DNA from: an uncultured Collinsella sp.
Lineage (GTDB): Bacteria > Actinomycetota > Coriobacteriia > Coriobacteriales > Coriobacteriaceae
Length of the DNA: 64,000 nucleotides
Reading direction: 5' to 3'
Assembly (NCBI GenBank): GCA_900544875.1
Contig: UQWS01000007.1
Coordinates: 26,580-90,579, forward strand
The translations under genes and the position numbers were made by a program. Shown here piece after piece: positions 50,335 to 60,200 of the stretch. The number at the start of each line of letters is the position of its first letter. Position 1 is the stretch's first letter. The notes beneath the pieces were generated by a model. It was not told the origin of the DNA. It saw nothing but the letters and a program-made list of their open reading frames with translations, and ran no database searches.

Positions 50335-51477
50335 TTAGGAACGCTGCTGCGGCTTCCAGGAAACCACATTGGCATCGTACTGGTTCAGCGCGCTGTTGCC
50401 GCCCTGCGCGATGGGCGCCAGGATCTCGCTTTGGTGGGAACTCATCGACTCGCCATCGGGAATGGCCAGCGAGATATCCCAGCTCTGGCAGATCACGTCG
50501 ACGCGCTCATACATCCACTCAGCAAGCTGCTTTAAGTGGGCGATGTCATCCGCATAGACCGTATCGTCCTGTACTTTCAGGTTGTTGAGCTCATCTTGCG
50601 TCTTTTTGATCTGGTCGCGCAGGGCGTAGGCACTCTGCGACAGCTCCTGACGGGTGGACAGCGGCGTTCGGAGATAACCGTTGTTAAAGGAATCGATGAC
50701 CTCGCCGATCTGGTCCTCGTCAGCGTAGGACACGATGGTCTGATACAGACCGTCGAGCCTGGTATAGAGCTGATCATCGGTGAGCACGGTTTCTTCCTGA
50801 ACCACCTCGGCAGAATCGCCCTGCTTGGTATCGTCCTCAGTCGCCTCGCCCTTTTGACGCGTGGGGAAGGTGGTTTGTGCAGCTTGGCCAAACTGGTCGT
50901 AGAAGCCAGGCATAACACCCATGGGATCGGTCGTCACGAACCAATAGGCACCACCGCACACGACGGCAAGGACCGCGATGATAATGAGCGGCTTGGGAAT
51001 ATGACGCTTATGCTTGTGATAGGCGTCCTCGTCGGGGTGCACCTTGCGCTTGGGTTTTTGAGCATCGTCATGCAGGGAAACGGGCGTGGGAATATCGACC
51101 TTGGGGATACCGAAATCCTTATCGAAAGCTGGCAGCACGCAGGTCTCATTGGGGTCGGCGGCGTCCGAAAGCACCGCAGCGGCAGAGGCCGGCGCATGCG
51201 GCACCTCGGTATCGATCTGCTCTTGCGTTAGGCGCGGAAAGCCCGCCGTGCGGCCCGCTGCCAGGTCGGACGCGGCCGCGTCCTCGGAGAGGATACCCGG
51301 AGCGGGGCGTCCGCATTTGGGGCACGTACGATCATGCGGAGAAAGACGGGCACCGCAGCCCTCACAGAACACGAACTCGGTGTGCTCGGGACCATCGCCC
51401 GGACCCACATAGGCGTTGCAGTAGGGGCAGAACGAGGCGCCGTCCTCGATAGTCTTAAGGCAATGCGGGCAGATCAC
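50335..51477 (-). CDS. Double zinc-ribbon membrane protein
   Basis: Four CxxC pairs at the N-terminus, one TM helix, helical C-terminal domain; GTG start. Confidence 0.8.
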   Translation of the reverse strand: MICPHCLKTIEDGASFCPYCNAYVGPGDGPEHTEFVFCEGCGARLSPHDRTCPKCGRPAPGILSEDAAASDLAAGRTAGFPRLTQEQIDTEVPHAPASAAAVLSDAADPNETCVLPAFDKDFGIPKVDIPTPVSLHDDAQKPKRKVHPDEDAYHKHKRHIPKPLIIIAVLAVVCGGAYWFVTTDPMGVMPGFYDQFGQAAQTTFPTRQKGEATEDDTKQGDSAEVVQEETVLTDDQLYTRLDGLYQTIVSYADEDQIGEVIDSFNNGYLRTPLSTRQELSQSAYALRDQIKKTQDELNNLKVQDDTVYADDIAHLKQLAEWMYERVDVICQSWDISLAIPDGESMSSHQSEILAPIAQGGNSALNQYDANVVSWKPQQRS

Positions 51478-51580
51478 GGCATCCTCTTTTCGAAGCAATT
51501 CAAATAATCGAGGTTAGAGCATAACATCGCCACGGCCCCACAGGAGCAAGGCACCAATTCAACATCGCCAGGGCGCGTAG

Positions 51581-54304
51581 TTACTTCTTCTTTTTGCTCG
51601 GCATCGAGACTTTGATGCCTTGGGCGGACTTGGTTACGCGGGAGCGCTTGGCGCCCGTGGGCTTCTTTTTCTTGGGCTGGGCCTGGGCCACGCCCTCGAG
51701 TGCGCGGGCCTCGGCCTCACGAACGGTGCGAGCTTCGCGGCGCTGCGCCATGTCGGCGGCGACGCGCTTGGCAAAACGCTCCGCCGTCGAACCCGTCGAG
51801 CTCACCTTGCCGCCACCGCGACCCAGGCGGACGCGAACACCGCGGCCAAAACCAGTTGCGGCATGACGACGACGCGGCTTGAGAGAATCAATCATCGTGG
51901 CGAGCTTAAAGAACACCGAGCAGGTAAAGGCCACGATGACAGCCAAGATAACCATCTGGCCCATCGACAGGTTGGCAATAGACAGCAGCTTCGGGAATCC
52001 GATAACGCCCACCAGGATGCCGGCGACCACAAACACAAAGAGCACCACACGTAAGGGCGTGAGAGGCTGCGAGATGCGCCAGATCAGGCTGACGCTCGCC
52101 GCGCACGACGTAAGCAGGCACATCGTAGACAGCGTAAGCTGGCTAAAGCCGAACACGCGCGCCACAAAGATATCGAGCGCCGCGGCCAAAATGACCGCAA
52201 TCGATGCCGGCAGTGCCCGCTTGAGCACGTTCGTCAGGAACGACCCCTTCACGCGAGCATTGTTGGGCTCCAGGCCCAACACAAAGCCCGGCGCGCCGAT
52301 GCAGAAGAAGTTGATGAGCGTCATCTGGATGGGCTCGAAGGGGTACGGCGGCAGCGCGATGCACAGCGCCGCCAGGCCCATCGAGAACAGCGTCTTAGTC
52401 AGGAAAAGCGAAGCCGAACGCTGCAGGTTGTTGATGGAGCGACGGCCCTCGGCCACCACGGCGGGCATCGAGGCAAAGTCGTTGTCGACGAGCACGATCT
52501 CGGCCACGTTACGCGCGGCATCGGAGCCGGCCGCCATGGCCACGGAGCAGTCGGCCTCCTTGAGCGCCAGCACGTCGTTGACGCCGTCGCCTGTCATGGC
52601 CACGGTGTGCTCGCGGCGCTTGAGCGCCTGCACGAGCTCGCGCTTCTGCTGCGGGGTCACACGACCAAAGACATGGTAGCGGTCCACTGCGGCATCGAGC
52701 TTGGCCGGCGTATCGAGCGTCGTGGCGTCCACATAAGCGTCCGCCCCCGGCACGCCCACCACGCGAGCGATCGACGACACCGTACGCGGGTCGTCGCCAC
52801 TGATCACGTTGAGGGTCACGCCCTGCTCGTTAAAGTAACCGATGGTCTCGGCCGCCGAGGTACGAATCTCGTCGCGGATGGTCACAAAGCCCACGGGCTC
52901 GGCCTCGCCCGCCATATCGCCATCGGGCGTAAAGCCGTCCACGCGCGCCACCACGAGCACGCGGCAGGTATCGGCAAGCTCGGCGACACGGTTCTCGACC
53001 TGGGCAAACGCACGATCAGAGAGCACAAACTGCGCCGCACCCATCACATAGGAGCCCTGCGCAAACGACGCGCCGCTCCACTTTTTGGAGGACGAGAACG
53101 GAATGACCGACAGCGGCTCGGACACCTCGACCGGGCGATCGGCGTAATAGTTGAGCAGCGCCTGGCAGGTCTCGTTGGCATCGACCGAAGTCGCACGTGC
53201 CACGTTAGCCAGCGCAAAATCGAGCACCGTGGTATCGACGGGAACGGCGGCTTCGCCCTCCCCCGCGCCCATGCCAAAGCCCTCGATCGGCAGCGGATAC
53301 GTGCCCTCGACCTCCATGCGACCCGACGTGATGGTGCCCGTCTTGTCCAGGCACAGCACGTCGACGCGCGCGAGCGTCTCGATGCAGTAGAGCTGCTGCG
53401 CCAGCACCTTGCGGCGGGCCAGGCGCACCGTGGCGATGGCGAGCACCGACGAGGTCAGCAGCACCAGGCCTTGCGGGATCATGCCCAGCAGGGCGCCCAC
53501 CGTGGACAGCAGCGCCGACGAGGGCACGCGGCCGGCCAGCAGCTCGGAGAAGCACCACGAAAGCGCGCTATTGCCTGGGGTTCCCGCGGCATCCCACAGC
53601 TCGCTCACGCTCGAGGCAAACAACGCCAAACCGAGCGGGATCATGATGATGCTCGCAAAGCGCACGATGGCGTTAAGCGCGTTCATGATCTCGGAATTGA
53701 CCCTTTTGACGTACTTGGCCTCGTTATTAATTTTGGCCACGTAGTTGTCGGCGCCGACATGGATCACGCGGGCGCGCAGCAGACCCGAGTCGATAAAGCT
53801 GCCGCTCATGAGCTCGGAACCGGGCTGTTTCTTAATGAGGTCGCTCTCACCCGTCAGCAGGCTCTCGTTCACGAGCGCCTCGCCCGAAACCACCACGGCG
53901 TCAGCGGGGATCTGGTCGCCGCGCCCCAGGCGGATGATGTCGTCGAGCACGATCTGGTCCAGGTCGAGCTCCACCTCGGAGCCGTCGCGCACCGCGATGG
54001 CCTTCTTGGAGGTCAGCAGCGTGAGCTTATCGACCATCTTCTTGGAACGCATGGACTGAATGACGCCAATAGCGGTATTGAGGAACACCACGAACAGGAA
54101 CGTCAGATTCTTAAACGAACCGGTCAAAATAACCAGGAACGCCAAGATCACGTTGATCAAATTGAACAGCGTGCAGAGGTTCTCGATGATGAGCTCTTTG
54201 ACCGACTTGGTCTTGAGCTCCATGTTGCGGTTGATCTTACCGGCGGCGATGCGCTCCTCGACCTCGGCGGTCGAGAGTCCGCGCTCGATATCCGTTGCTG
54301 CCAT
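51581..54304 (-). CDS. P-type ATPase (HAD-IC, CtpE-like)
   Basis: LTGES, DKTGT, ISGD, TGDGVND; start may be 54304 or 54319. Confidence 0.93.
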   Translation of the reverse strand: MAATDIERGLSTAEVEERIAAGKINRNMELKTKSVKELIIENLCTLFNLINVILAFLVILTGSFKNLTFLFVVFLNTAIGVIQSMRSKKMVDKLTLLTSKKAIAVRDGSEVELDLDQIVLDDIIRLGRGDQIPADAVVVSGEALVNESLLTGESDLIKKQPGSELMSGSFIDSGLLRARVIHVGADNYVAKINNEAKYVKRVNSEIMNALNAIVRFASIIMIPLGLALFASSVSELWDAAGTPGNSALSWCFSELLAGRVPSSALLSTVGALLGMIPQGLVLLTSSVLAIATVRLARRKVLAQQLYCIETLARVDVLCLDKTGTITSGRMEVEGTYPLPIEGFGMGAGEGEAAVPVDTTVLDFALANVARATSVDANETCQALLNYYADRPVEVSEPLSVIPFSSSKKWSGASFAQGSYVMGAAQFVLSDRAFAQVENRVAELADTCRVLVVARVDGFTPDGDMAGEAEPVGFVTIRDEIRTSAAETIGYFNEQGVTLNVISGDDPRTVSSIARVVGVPGADAYVDATTLDTPAKLDAAVDRYHVFGRVTPQQKRELVQALKRREHTVAMTGDGVNDVLALKEADCSVAMAAGSDAARNVAEIVLVDNDFASMPAVVAEGRRSINNLQRSASLFLTKTLFSMGLAALCIALPPYPFEPIQMTLINFFCIGAPGFVLGLEPNNARVKGSFLTNVLKRALPASIAVILAAALDIFVARVFGFSQLTLSTMCLLTSCAASVSLIWRISQPLTPLRVVLFVFVVAGILVGVIGFPKLLSIANLSMGQMVILAVIVAFTCSVFFKLATMIDSLKPRRRHAATGFGRGVRVRLGRGGGKVSSTGSTAERFAKRVAADMAQRREARTVREAEARALEGVAQAQPKKKKPTGAKRSRVTKSAQGIKVSMPSKKKK

Positions 54305-54335
54305 ACCACGTCCCATCACGTCGCGTCGGTATAAG

Positions 54336-54369
54336 AAAAACCGCCCGGACCATGCGAGGTTCGGACGGT
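54336..54369 (-). terminator. Terminator after tRNA-Arg
   Basis: accgtccgaacc/ggtccgggcggt stem plus T-run on minus strand. Confidence 0.75.
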
Positions 54370-54380
54370 CTCACGTTCGA

Positions 54381-54457
54381 TGGTGCCCCATGTTGGATTC
54401 GAACCAACGGCCTTCTGCTCCGGAGGCAGACGCTCTAATCCCCTGAGCTAATAGGGC
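54381..54457 (-). tRNA. tRNA-Arg(CCG)
   Basis: Cloverleaf GCCCTAT...ATGGGGC-ACCA; anticodon arm TCTGC-CTCCGGA-GCAGA; T-loop GTTCGAATC. Confidence 0.97.
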
Positions 54458-54468
54458 CAACGTTTGGC

Positions 54469-54498
54469 ATTATACCCAAGTGCACCACGGGCTATCAA
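54469..54498 (-). promoter_or_regulatory. tRNA promoter
   Basis: TTGATA-18 bp-TATAAT with AT-rich upstream tract. Confidence 0.7.
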
Positions 54499-54661
54499 AA
54501 TAAAAGAAAAAGCTTTGCAATTCCGAGGAAGACGCGGCTCAACGGCCCACTTTAGAAGGCAAAAGCGAGTCAGATAGTATAAACTCTCATGCACCATATG
54601 TACACGGCTCGCGATGCGGGCCGTTTTTGCAAGGGCTATCCATCGAGGTGAGAGGCACACC

Positions 54662-55684
54662 ATGATTGCAATTTTAAAAGAGAGCGCCAGCGACGAGGCC
54701 GTCAGCCATATCGTCAGCTGGATTGAGAAAAAGGGCCTGAAGACCGATGTCTCGCGCGGCGAGAATGAGACGATCATCGGCCTGGTGGGCGATACGACCA
54801 AGATCGACCCGTTCCTGCTCGAGTCCATGGATGTCGTCGAGCGCGTGCAGCGCGTCTCCGAGCCGTTCAAGCGCGCCAACCGCAAGTTCCACCCCGAGGA
54901 CTCCGTCATCGACTGCGGCCACGGCGTCAAGATCGGCGGCGATCAGTTCCAGGTCATCGCCGGCCCGTGCTCCGTCGAGGGCGAGAACCTCATCCGCATC
55001 GCCCGCCGCGTGAAGGCCGCCGGCGCCACGATGCTGCGCGGCGGTGCCTACAAGCCCCGCACATCCCCTTACGCCTACCAGGGCATGGGCCCCGCCGGTC
55101 TGGACCTGCTGTGCGAGGCGTCTGCCGAGCTCGACATGCCGATCGTCACCGAGATCATGGACCCGCGCGACGTGCAGGTCTTCCTGGACAAGAAGATCGA
55201 CGTCATGCAGATCGGTGCCCGCAACGCCCAGAACTTCCCTCTGCTCAAAGAGGTCGGCAAGACCAAGACCCCGATCCTGCTCAAGCGCGGCATGTCCGGC
55301 ACGATCGATGAGCTGCTCATGGCCGCCGAGTACATAATGAGCGAGGGCAACGACAACGTCATCCTGTGCGAGCGCGGCATCCGCACCTTCGAGACCCGCA
55401 CCCGCAACACCTTCGACCTCAACGCCGTGCCGGTGCTGCACCACCTGTCGCACCTGCCCGTCGTCGCCGACCCCAGCCACGCCACCGGCTACACCCGCTA
55501 CGTTGAGCCCATGGCGCTCGCCGCGACCGCCTGCGGTGCCAACGGCCTGGAGATCGAGGTCCACGACGAGCCCAGCCGCGCATGGTCCGACGGCGCTCAG
55601 GCCCTCACCCCCGATCAGTTCGACGACACCATGCGCCGCATCCGCGCCATCCGCGATGTCGTCTGCCAAGAGACCATGGAGTAG
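54662..55684 (+). CDS. aroF: DAHP synthase type I-beta with N-terminal regulatory domain
   Basis: IAGPCSVE, GGAYKPRTSPY, QIGARN, LCERGIR, ADPSH. Confidence 0.95.
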   Translation: MIAILKESASDEAVSHIVSWIEKKGLKTDVSRGENETIIGLVGDTTKIDPFLLESMDVVERVQRVSEPFKRANRKFHPEDSVIDCGHGVKIGGDQFQVIAGPCSVEGENLIRIARRVKAAGATMLRGGAYKPRTSPYAYQGMGPAGLDLLCEASAELDMPIVTEIMDPRDVQVFLDKKIDVMQIGARNAQNFPLLKEVGKTKTPILLKRGMSGTIDELLMAAEYIMSEGNDNVILCERGIRTFETRTRNTFDLNAVPVLHHLSHLPVVADPSHATGYTRYVEPMALAATACGANGLEIEVHDEPSRAWSDGAQALTPDQFDDTMRRIRAIRDVVCQETME

Positions 55685-55687
55685 GCC

Positions 55688-56602
55688 ATGGGTACGGTGA
55701 GAAACGCGCGCGTTAACCAGGGCGGTCCCAAATGCGCCGGTATAGTGGGCCTAGGTCTGATCGGCGGCAGCTTTGCCCGCGGCTATGCGCAGGCGGGCGT
55801 CCGCGTGCTGGCCTGGGATCCCGACGATGACGTGATGACGGCCGCCAGCATGGGCACCGTCGCCGGCGAGCTCAACGACGAGACGCTCGGCGAATGCGAC
55901 ATCATCGTCCTTGCCTGCTATCCCGAGGCCTGCATCGAGTGGCTTGAGGCGCACGCCCAGGCGCTCGCCGATGCCACCGACACCGATGCCATCATGGGCC
56001 CCGTGGTGATTGACACCGTAGGCGTGAAGGGCATCGTATGCGAGCGTGCCTTTGAGCTCGCCCGCGAGCACGGTTTTTACTTTGTGGGCGCGCACCCCAT
56101 GGCGGGCACCCAGTTCTCGGGCTACGCTCACTCCCGTGCCGACCTGTTCCAGGGCGCCCCGCTCGTGCTCGTACCGCCCGCGGTGGACGATGCGCTCAAA
56201 CTGGAGCTTTTGGGCCAGGTGCGCGAGATGGTACGCCCCTTGGGCTTTGGCAAGTTCAGCGTGACCAGCGCCGCCGAGCACGACCGCGTCATCGCCTTTA
56301 CGAGCCAGCTCGCGCACGTCGTCTCCAACGCCTACGTCAAAAGCCCCACTGCTCAGGTCCACCACGGCTTTTCGGCCGGCAGCTACCGCGACCTCACCCG
56401 CGTGGCGCACCTCAATCCGCAGATGTGGTCCGAGCTCATGATCGACGACGCCAATGCGCTCGCCTTCGAGATCGACCATCTGATCGAATCGCTCGGCGCC
56501 TACAGCCGCGCCCTTAAAGACCGCGACCAGCGCTATCTGGAGAATCTCCTTGCCGAGGGCGACCGAATTAAGCGCGCACTCGACGACGAGGCCTCCCACT
56601 AG
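55688..56602 (+). CDS. tyrA: Prephenate dehydrogenase
   Basis: GLGLIGGS, HPMAG, EHDRVIAFTSQLAH, GSYRDLTRVA. Confidence 0.94.
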   Translation: MGTVRNARVNQGGPKCAGIVGLGLIGGSFARGYAQAGVRVLAWDPDDDVMTAASMGTVAGELNDETLGECDIIVLACYPEACIEWLEAHAQALADATDTDAIMGPVVIDTVGVKGIVCERAFELAREHGFYFVGAHPMAGTQFSGYAHSRADLFQGAPLVLVPPAVDDALKLELLGQVREMVRPLGFGKFSVTSAAEHDRVIAFTSQLAHVVSNAYVKSPTAQVHHGFSAGSYRDLTRVAHLNPQMWSELMIDDANALAFEIDHLIESLGAYSRALKDRDQRYLENLLAEGDRIKRALDDEASH

Positions 56603-56638
56603 ACCACCTATCACGCCAGGTCGAAAGGACCGAAGCTT

Positions 56639-57745
56639 ATGGCGATTACCATCGATATCGACACCGCACGCCCCTACCAGGTGCATGTTGGCACGTTTTT
56701 GCTGGAGCAGGCGGGGCCGCTCGTGCGCGCCACTGCCGGCGGCACCAAGGCCGTCATCGTGACGGACACCAACGTGGGCCCGCTCTACCAGATGCCCGTT
56801 AAGCAGAGCCTGGAGGCGTCAGGCTACGAGGTGAGCATCTGCACCTTCGAGGCCGGCGAGGCCCATAAGCGCGCCGAAACCTATGTTGCCATTTTGGAGT
56901 TTGTGGCCGAGCACGAGCTTTCGCGCTCCGACGTGATCGTGGCACTCGGCGGTGGTGTCGTGGGCGACGTGGCGGGCTTTGTGGCCGCCACCTACATGCG
57001 CGGCTGCAAGTTTGTGCAGATCCCGACGAGCCTGCTCGCCATGGTAGATTCGTCTGTGGGCGGCAAGACCGCCATCGACCTGGCTGCCGGCAAGAACTTG
57101 GCCGGCGCCTTTTGGCAGCCGAGCGTGGTCATTGCCGACGTGGGGTGCCTGGCCACCCTCACGCCCGAGCAGTTCGCTGACGGCTGCGGCGAGGTCGTCA
57201 AGCACGCCGTGATTGCCGATCCGGAGCTTTTCGCCGAGCTGGAGAAGACCCCGCTCACGCTGGAGCTGCTCAACCACGATGTGGCCCGCGTAGCACTCAT
57301 CATCGCCCGCAACATCGACATCAAGCGCGCCGTGGTCGTCGCCGACGAGCGCGAGACTAACCAGCGTAAGCTCCTCAACTTTGGACACAGCGCCGGACAC
57401 GCCGTCGAAGCCTGCGAGCACTTTGAGCTCGGACACGGCAACTGCGTGTCGATCGGCATGGGTATCATCACGCGCGCCGCGGCCCTGCACGGCGTCTGCG
57501 ATGCTGCGCTGCCCGGTCGTATTGAGGAGCTCTGCGCCCGCCATGGCCTCAAGACCCGCTGCGGCCTAGATGCCGATGCCGTCTTTGCCGAAGCGCTCCA
57601 CGACAAGAAGCGCGCGGGCGACACCATCGACCTGGTGATTCCGCACGGCATTGGCCGCTGCAGCATCGACCGCACGCCACTTTCCACTTTCCACGAACTC
57701 ATTGCCGAGGGCCTCGGCCAGAAGGGAGACGCATCCGCATGCTAG
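56639..57745 (+). CDS. aroB: 3-dehydroquinate synthase
   Basis: LGGGVVGD, PTSLLAMVDSSVGGKT, LLNFGHS. Confidence 0.96.
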   Translation: MAITIDIDTARPYQVHVGTFLLEQAGPLVRATAGGTKAVIVTDTNVGPLYQMPVKQSLEASGYEVSICTFEAGEAHKRAETYVAILEFVAEHELSRSDVIVALGGGVVGDVAGFVAATYMRGCKFVQIPTSLLAMVDSSVGGKTAIDLAAGKNLAGAFWQPSVVIADVGCLATLTPEQFADGCGEVVKHAVIADPELFAELEKTPLTLELLNHDVARVALIIARNIDIKRAVVVADERETNQRKLLNFGHSAGHAVEACEHFELGHGNCVSIGMGIITRAAALHGVCDAALPGRIEELCARHGLKTRCGLDADAVFAEALHDKKRAGDTIDLVIPHGIGRCSIDRTPLSTFHELIAEGLGQKGDASAC

Positions 57746-59058
57746 CCCGCATCACCCCGTCCCCGCTCAAGGGCACCGTTCCCGCCATCGCGTCCAAGTC
57801 GATGGCGCATCGCCTCATCATCTGCGCTGCGCTTGCCAACGGCGAGACACACGTCACCTGCAACACCACCTGCGCCGACATCGAGGCCACGGTGCGCTGC
57901 CTTACGGCACTGGGTGCTCGCATCGAGACCGTCGAGGACGGCTTCCAGGTCCACCCCACCATGAAGAGTGTTGAGTTTGGCCTGCTCAAGGCCCTTGCCG
58001 GCGGCACGCTTGACTGCGGTGAAAGTGGCTCCACGCTGCGCTTTATGCTGCCTGTCGCCTGCGCGCTGGGTGCGGATGCCACCTTCGTAGGCCAGGGCCG
58101 CCTGGGCGCCCGCCCGCTCTCCCCGCTCTCGGACGAGATCATCGCCGCCGGCTGCGACCTACAGGGTCTGGGCGGTTTTCCGCTCAAGACGAGCGGCCGC
58201 ATGCGCCCGGGCACCTTTGTGCTTCCGGGCAACGTGAGCTCGCAGTACATCTCGGGCCTGCTGCTGGCAGCCCCACTGCTGGCCCAGCCCTCCTGCGTGC
58301 AGGTAACCGGCCTCATTGAGAGCCGTCCCTACATCAACCTGACGATCCAGGCCATGAAGGCCTTCGGCGTCGAGGTCAACGTCGAGCGTATTCCGGCCAA
58401 GGACGGCCAGCCCGAGGTCACGAACTTCCGCGTGAGCAGCGGCTCGTACCGCACGCCCGGCAGCGTGGCCGTCGAGGGCGACTGGTCCAACGCTGCCTTT
58501 TGGCTGTGCGCCGGCGCCATCGGCTCCGACCCCATCACCGTCGAGGGTGTGTCGCTCAGCTCCGCGCAGGGCGACCGCAACGTGCTTGCCGCGCTCTCGC
58601 GCTTTGGAGCCCGCATCGTGCGCTCCACCAACGCCGCTACCGTACAGTCCGACAAGCTCGCCGGCTTTGAGATGAGCGCGCACGACATCCCCGACTTGGT
58701 GCCCGTAATCTCGGCCGTGGCATCGCTGGCGCAAGGCCGCACGTTCATCCGCGATTGCGCCCGCCTACGCATCAAGGAATCCGATCGCCTGGCCACCACC
58801 ACCCGCGAGCTCACCGCACTGGGCGCGCAGATACGCATTGCCGGTGATAACCTCATCATCAAGGGTGTCGACGCCTTTACTGGCGGCGAAGTCGATTCGC
58901 ACAGCGACCACCGCATCGCCATGATGGCCGCCATCGCCGCGAGCCGTGCCACCGGCGAGGTCGTGATCCACGGCGCCGAGGCCGTCAACAAGTCCTATCC
59001 CGATTTCTTCGACCACTACCGCCTGCTGGGCGGCAAGGTCACGCTCGAGGAGGAGTAG
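57739..59058 (+). CDS. aroA: EPSP synthase
   Basis: SKSMAHR, CGESGSTLRF, SSQYISG, RIKESDR, DHRIAM, KSYP. Confidence 0.96.
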   Translation: MLARITPSPLKGTVPAIASKSMAHRLIICAALANGETHVTCNTTCADIEATVRCLTALGARIETVEDGFQVHPTMKSVEFGLLKALAGGTLDCGESGSTLRFMLPVACALGADATFVGQGRLGARPLSPLSDEIIAAGCDLQGLGGFPLKTSGRMRPGTFVLPGNVSSQYISGLLLAAPLLAQPSCVQVTGLIESRPYINLTIQAMKAFGVEVNVERIPAKDGQPEVTNFRVSSGSYRTPGSVAVEGDWSNAAFWLCAGAIGSDPITVEGVSLSSAQGDRNVLAALSRFGARIVRSTNAATVQSDKLAGFEMSAHDIPDLVPVISAVASLAQGRTFIRDCARLRIKESDRLATTTRELTALGAQIRIAGDNLIIKGVDAFTGGEVDSHSDHRIAMMAAIAASRATGEVVIHGAEAVNKSYPDFFDHYRLLGGKVTLEEE

Positions 59059-59059
59059 C

Positions 59060-60157
59060 ATGTCCTCGACCTTTGGCAACGTCTTGCGCTTAAGCATCTT
59101 CGGCCAGTCGCACTCCCCCGCCATCGGCTGCTCACTCGATGGCATCCCGGCGGGCATCGCCGTGGACCAGGAGCAGCTGCAGGCCTTCCTTGACCGTCGC
59201 GCCCCCGGTCGCGACGAGACCGCAACCAAACGCCGCGAGGCTGACGCCGCGCACATCATCGCCGGTGTTGTCGATGGACATACCACCGGCGCGCCCATCG
59301 CCGCGATTATCGAGAACACCAACACGCGCTCCAAGGATTACTCCGAGCTGCGCCGCAAGCCCCGCCCCGGACATGCGGACTTCCCTGCGCGCGTGAAGTA
59401 TCACAACATGCACGATGTCGCCGGTGGCGGGCATTTCTCCGGCCGCCTAACGGCACCCCTGTGCATCGCCGGCGGCATTGCGCTGCAGGCACTCGAAGCC
59501 CGCGGCATTAAAGTGATGGCGCATGTGGCGCAGATCGGCGGCATCTCCGACCTGCCGATGGACGACATGGTCTATCGCGAGGCCGACCGCAAGGCGATCC
59601 TTACGAACGATCTGCCGTGCATTGACGCCGCTGCAGCCGGCCGCATGCGCGAGGAAATCCTAGCCGCGCGCGACGAGCTTGACAGCATCGGCGGCATCGT
59701 GGAGTGCGGCATTTACGGGCTTCCCGCGGGCATCGGCGACCCCATGTTCGACGGTATCGAGAACCGCATCGCGCAGATCGCGTTTGGCATTCCCGCCGTA
59801 AAGGGCGTGGAATTTGGCATGGGCTTTGCCGTGGCCGCCATGCGCGGCAGCGAGAACAATGATCCGTATCGCATCGATGCCGAGACCGGCGAGATCGAGG
59901 TCGAGTCCAACAACGCCGGTGGCATCCTGGGCGGTATTTCGACCGGCGCGCCCGTCATGTGGCGCATGGCCGTAAAGCCGACGCCCTCCATTGGCCGCGA
60001 GCAGCAGACGGTGGACATGGACGCTATGGAAAATGCCGAGCTCTCGGTCCACGGCCGCCACGATCCCTGCATCGTCCCCCGAGCTGTCCCCGTAGCCGAG
60101 GCAACCGCCGCCCTTGCCATCTGGGACGCCCTCCTCGAAGACGCCGCCCAGCGCTAA
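59060..60157 (+). CDS. aroC: Chorismate synthase
   Basis: GQSH, PRPGHAD, SGRLTA, GGILGGIS, KPTPSI, GRHDPC. Confidence 0.96.
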   Translation: MSSTFGNVLRLSIFGQSHSPAIGCSLDGIPAGIAVDQEQLQAFLDRRAPGRDETATKRREADAAHIIAGVVDGHTTGAPIAAIIENTNTRSKDYSELRRKPRPGHADFPARVKYHNMHDVAGGGHFSGRLTAPLCIAGGIALQALEARGIKVMAHVAQIGGISDLPMDDMVYREADRKAILTNDLPCIDAAAAGRMREEILAARDELDSIGGIVECGIYGLPAGIGDPMFDGIENRIAQIAFGIPAVKGVEFGMGFAVAAMRGSENNDPYRIDAETGEIEVESNNAGGILGGISTGAPVMWRMAVKPTPSIGREQQTVDMDAMENAELSVHGRHDPCIVPRAVPVAEATAALAIWDALLEDAAQR

Positions 60158-60200
60158 CTACCCACCCCTCAACATCCCCCGACACGTGAAAGGGGTCTCC

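Noticed and set aside
54381..54457. tRNA-Arg as an integration site
   Set aside because: No duplicated tRNA 3' end or adjacent integrase seen in the window
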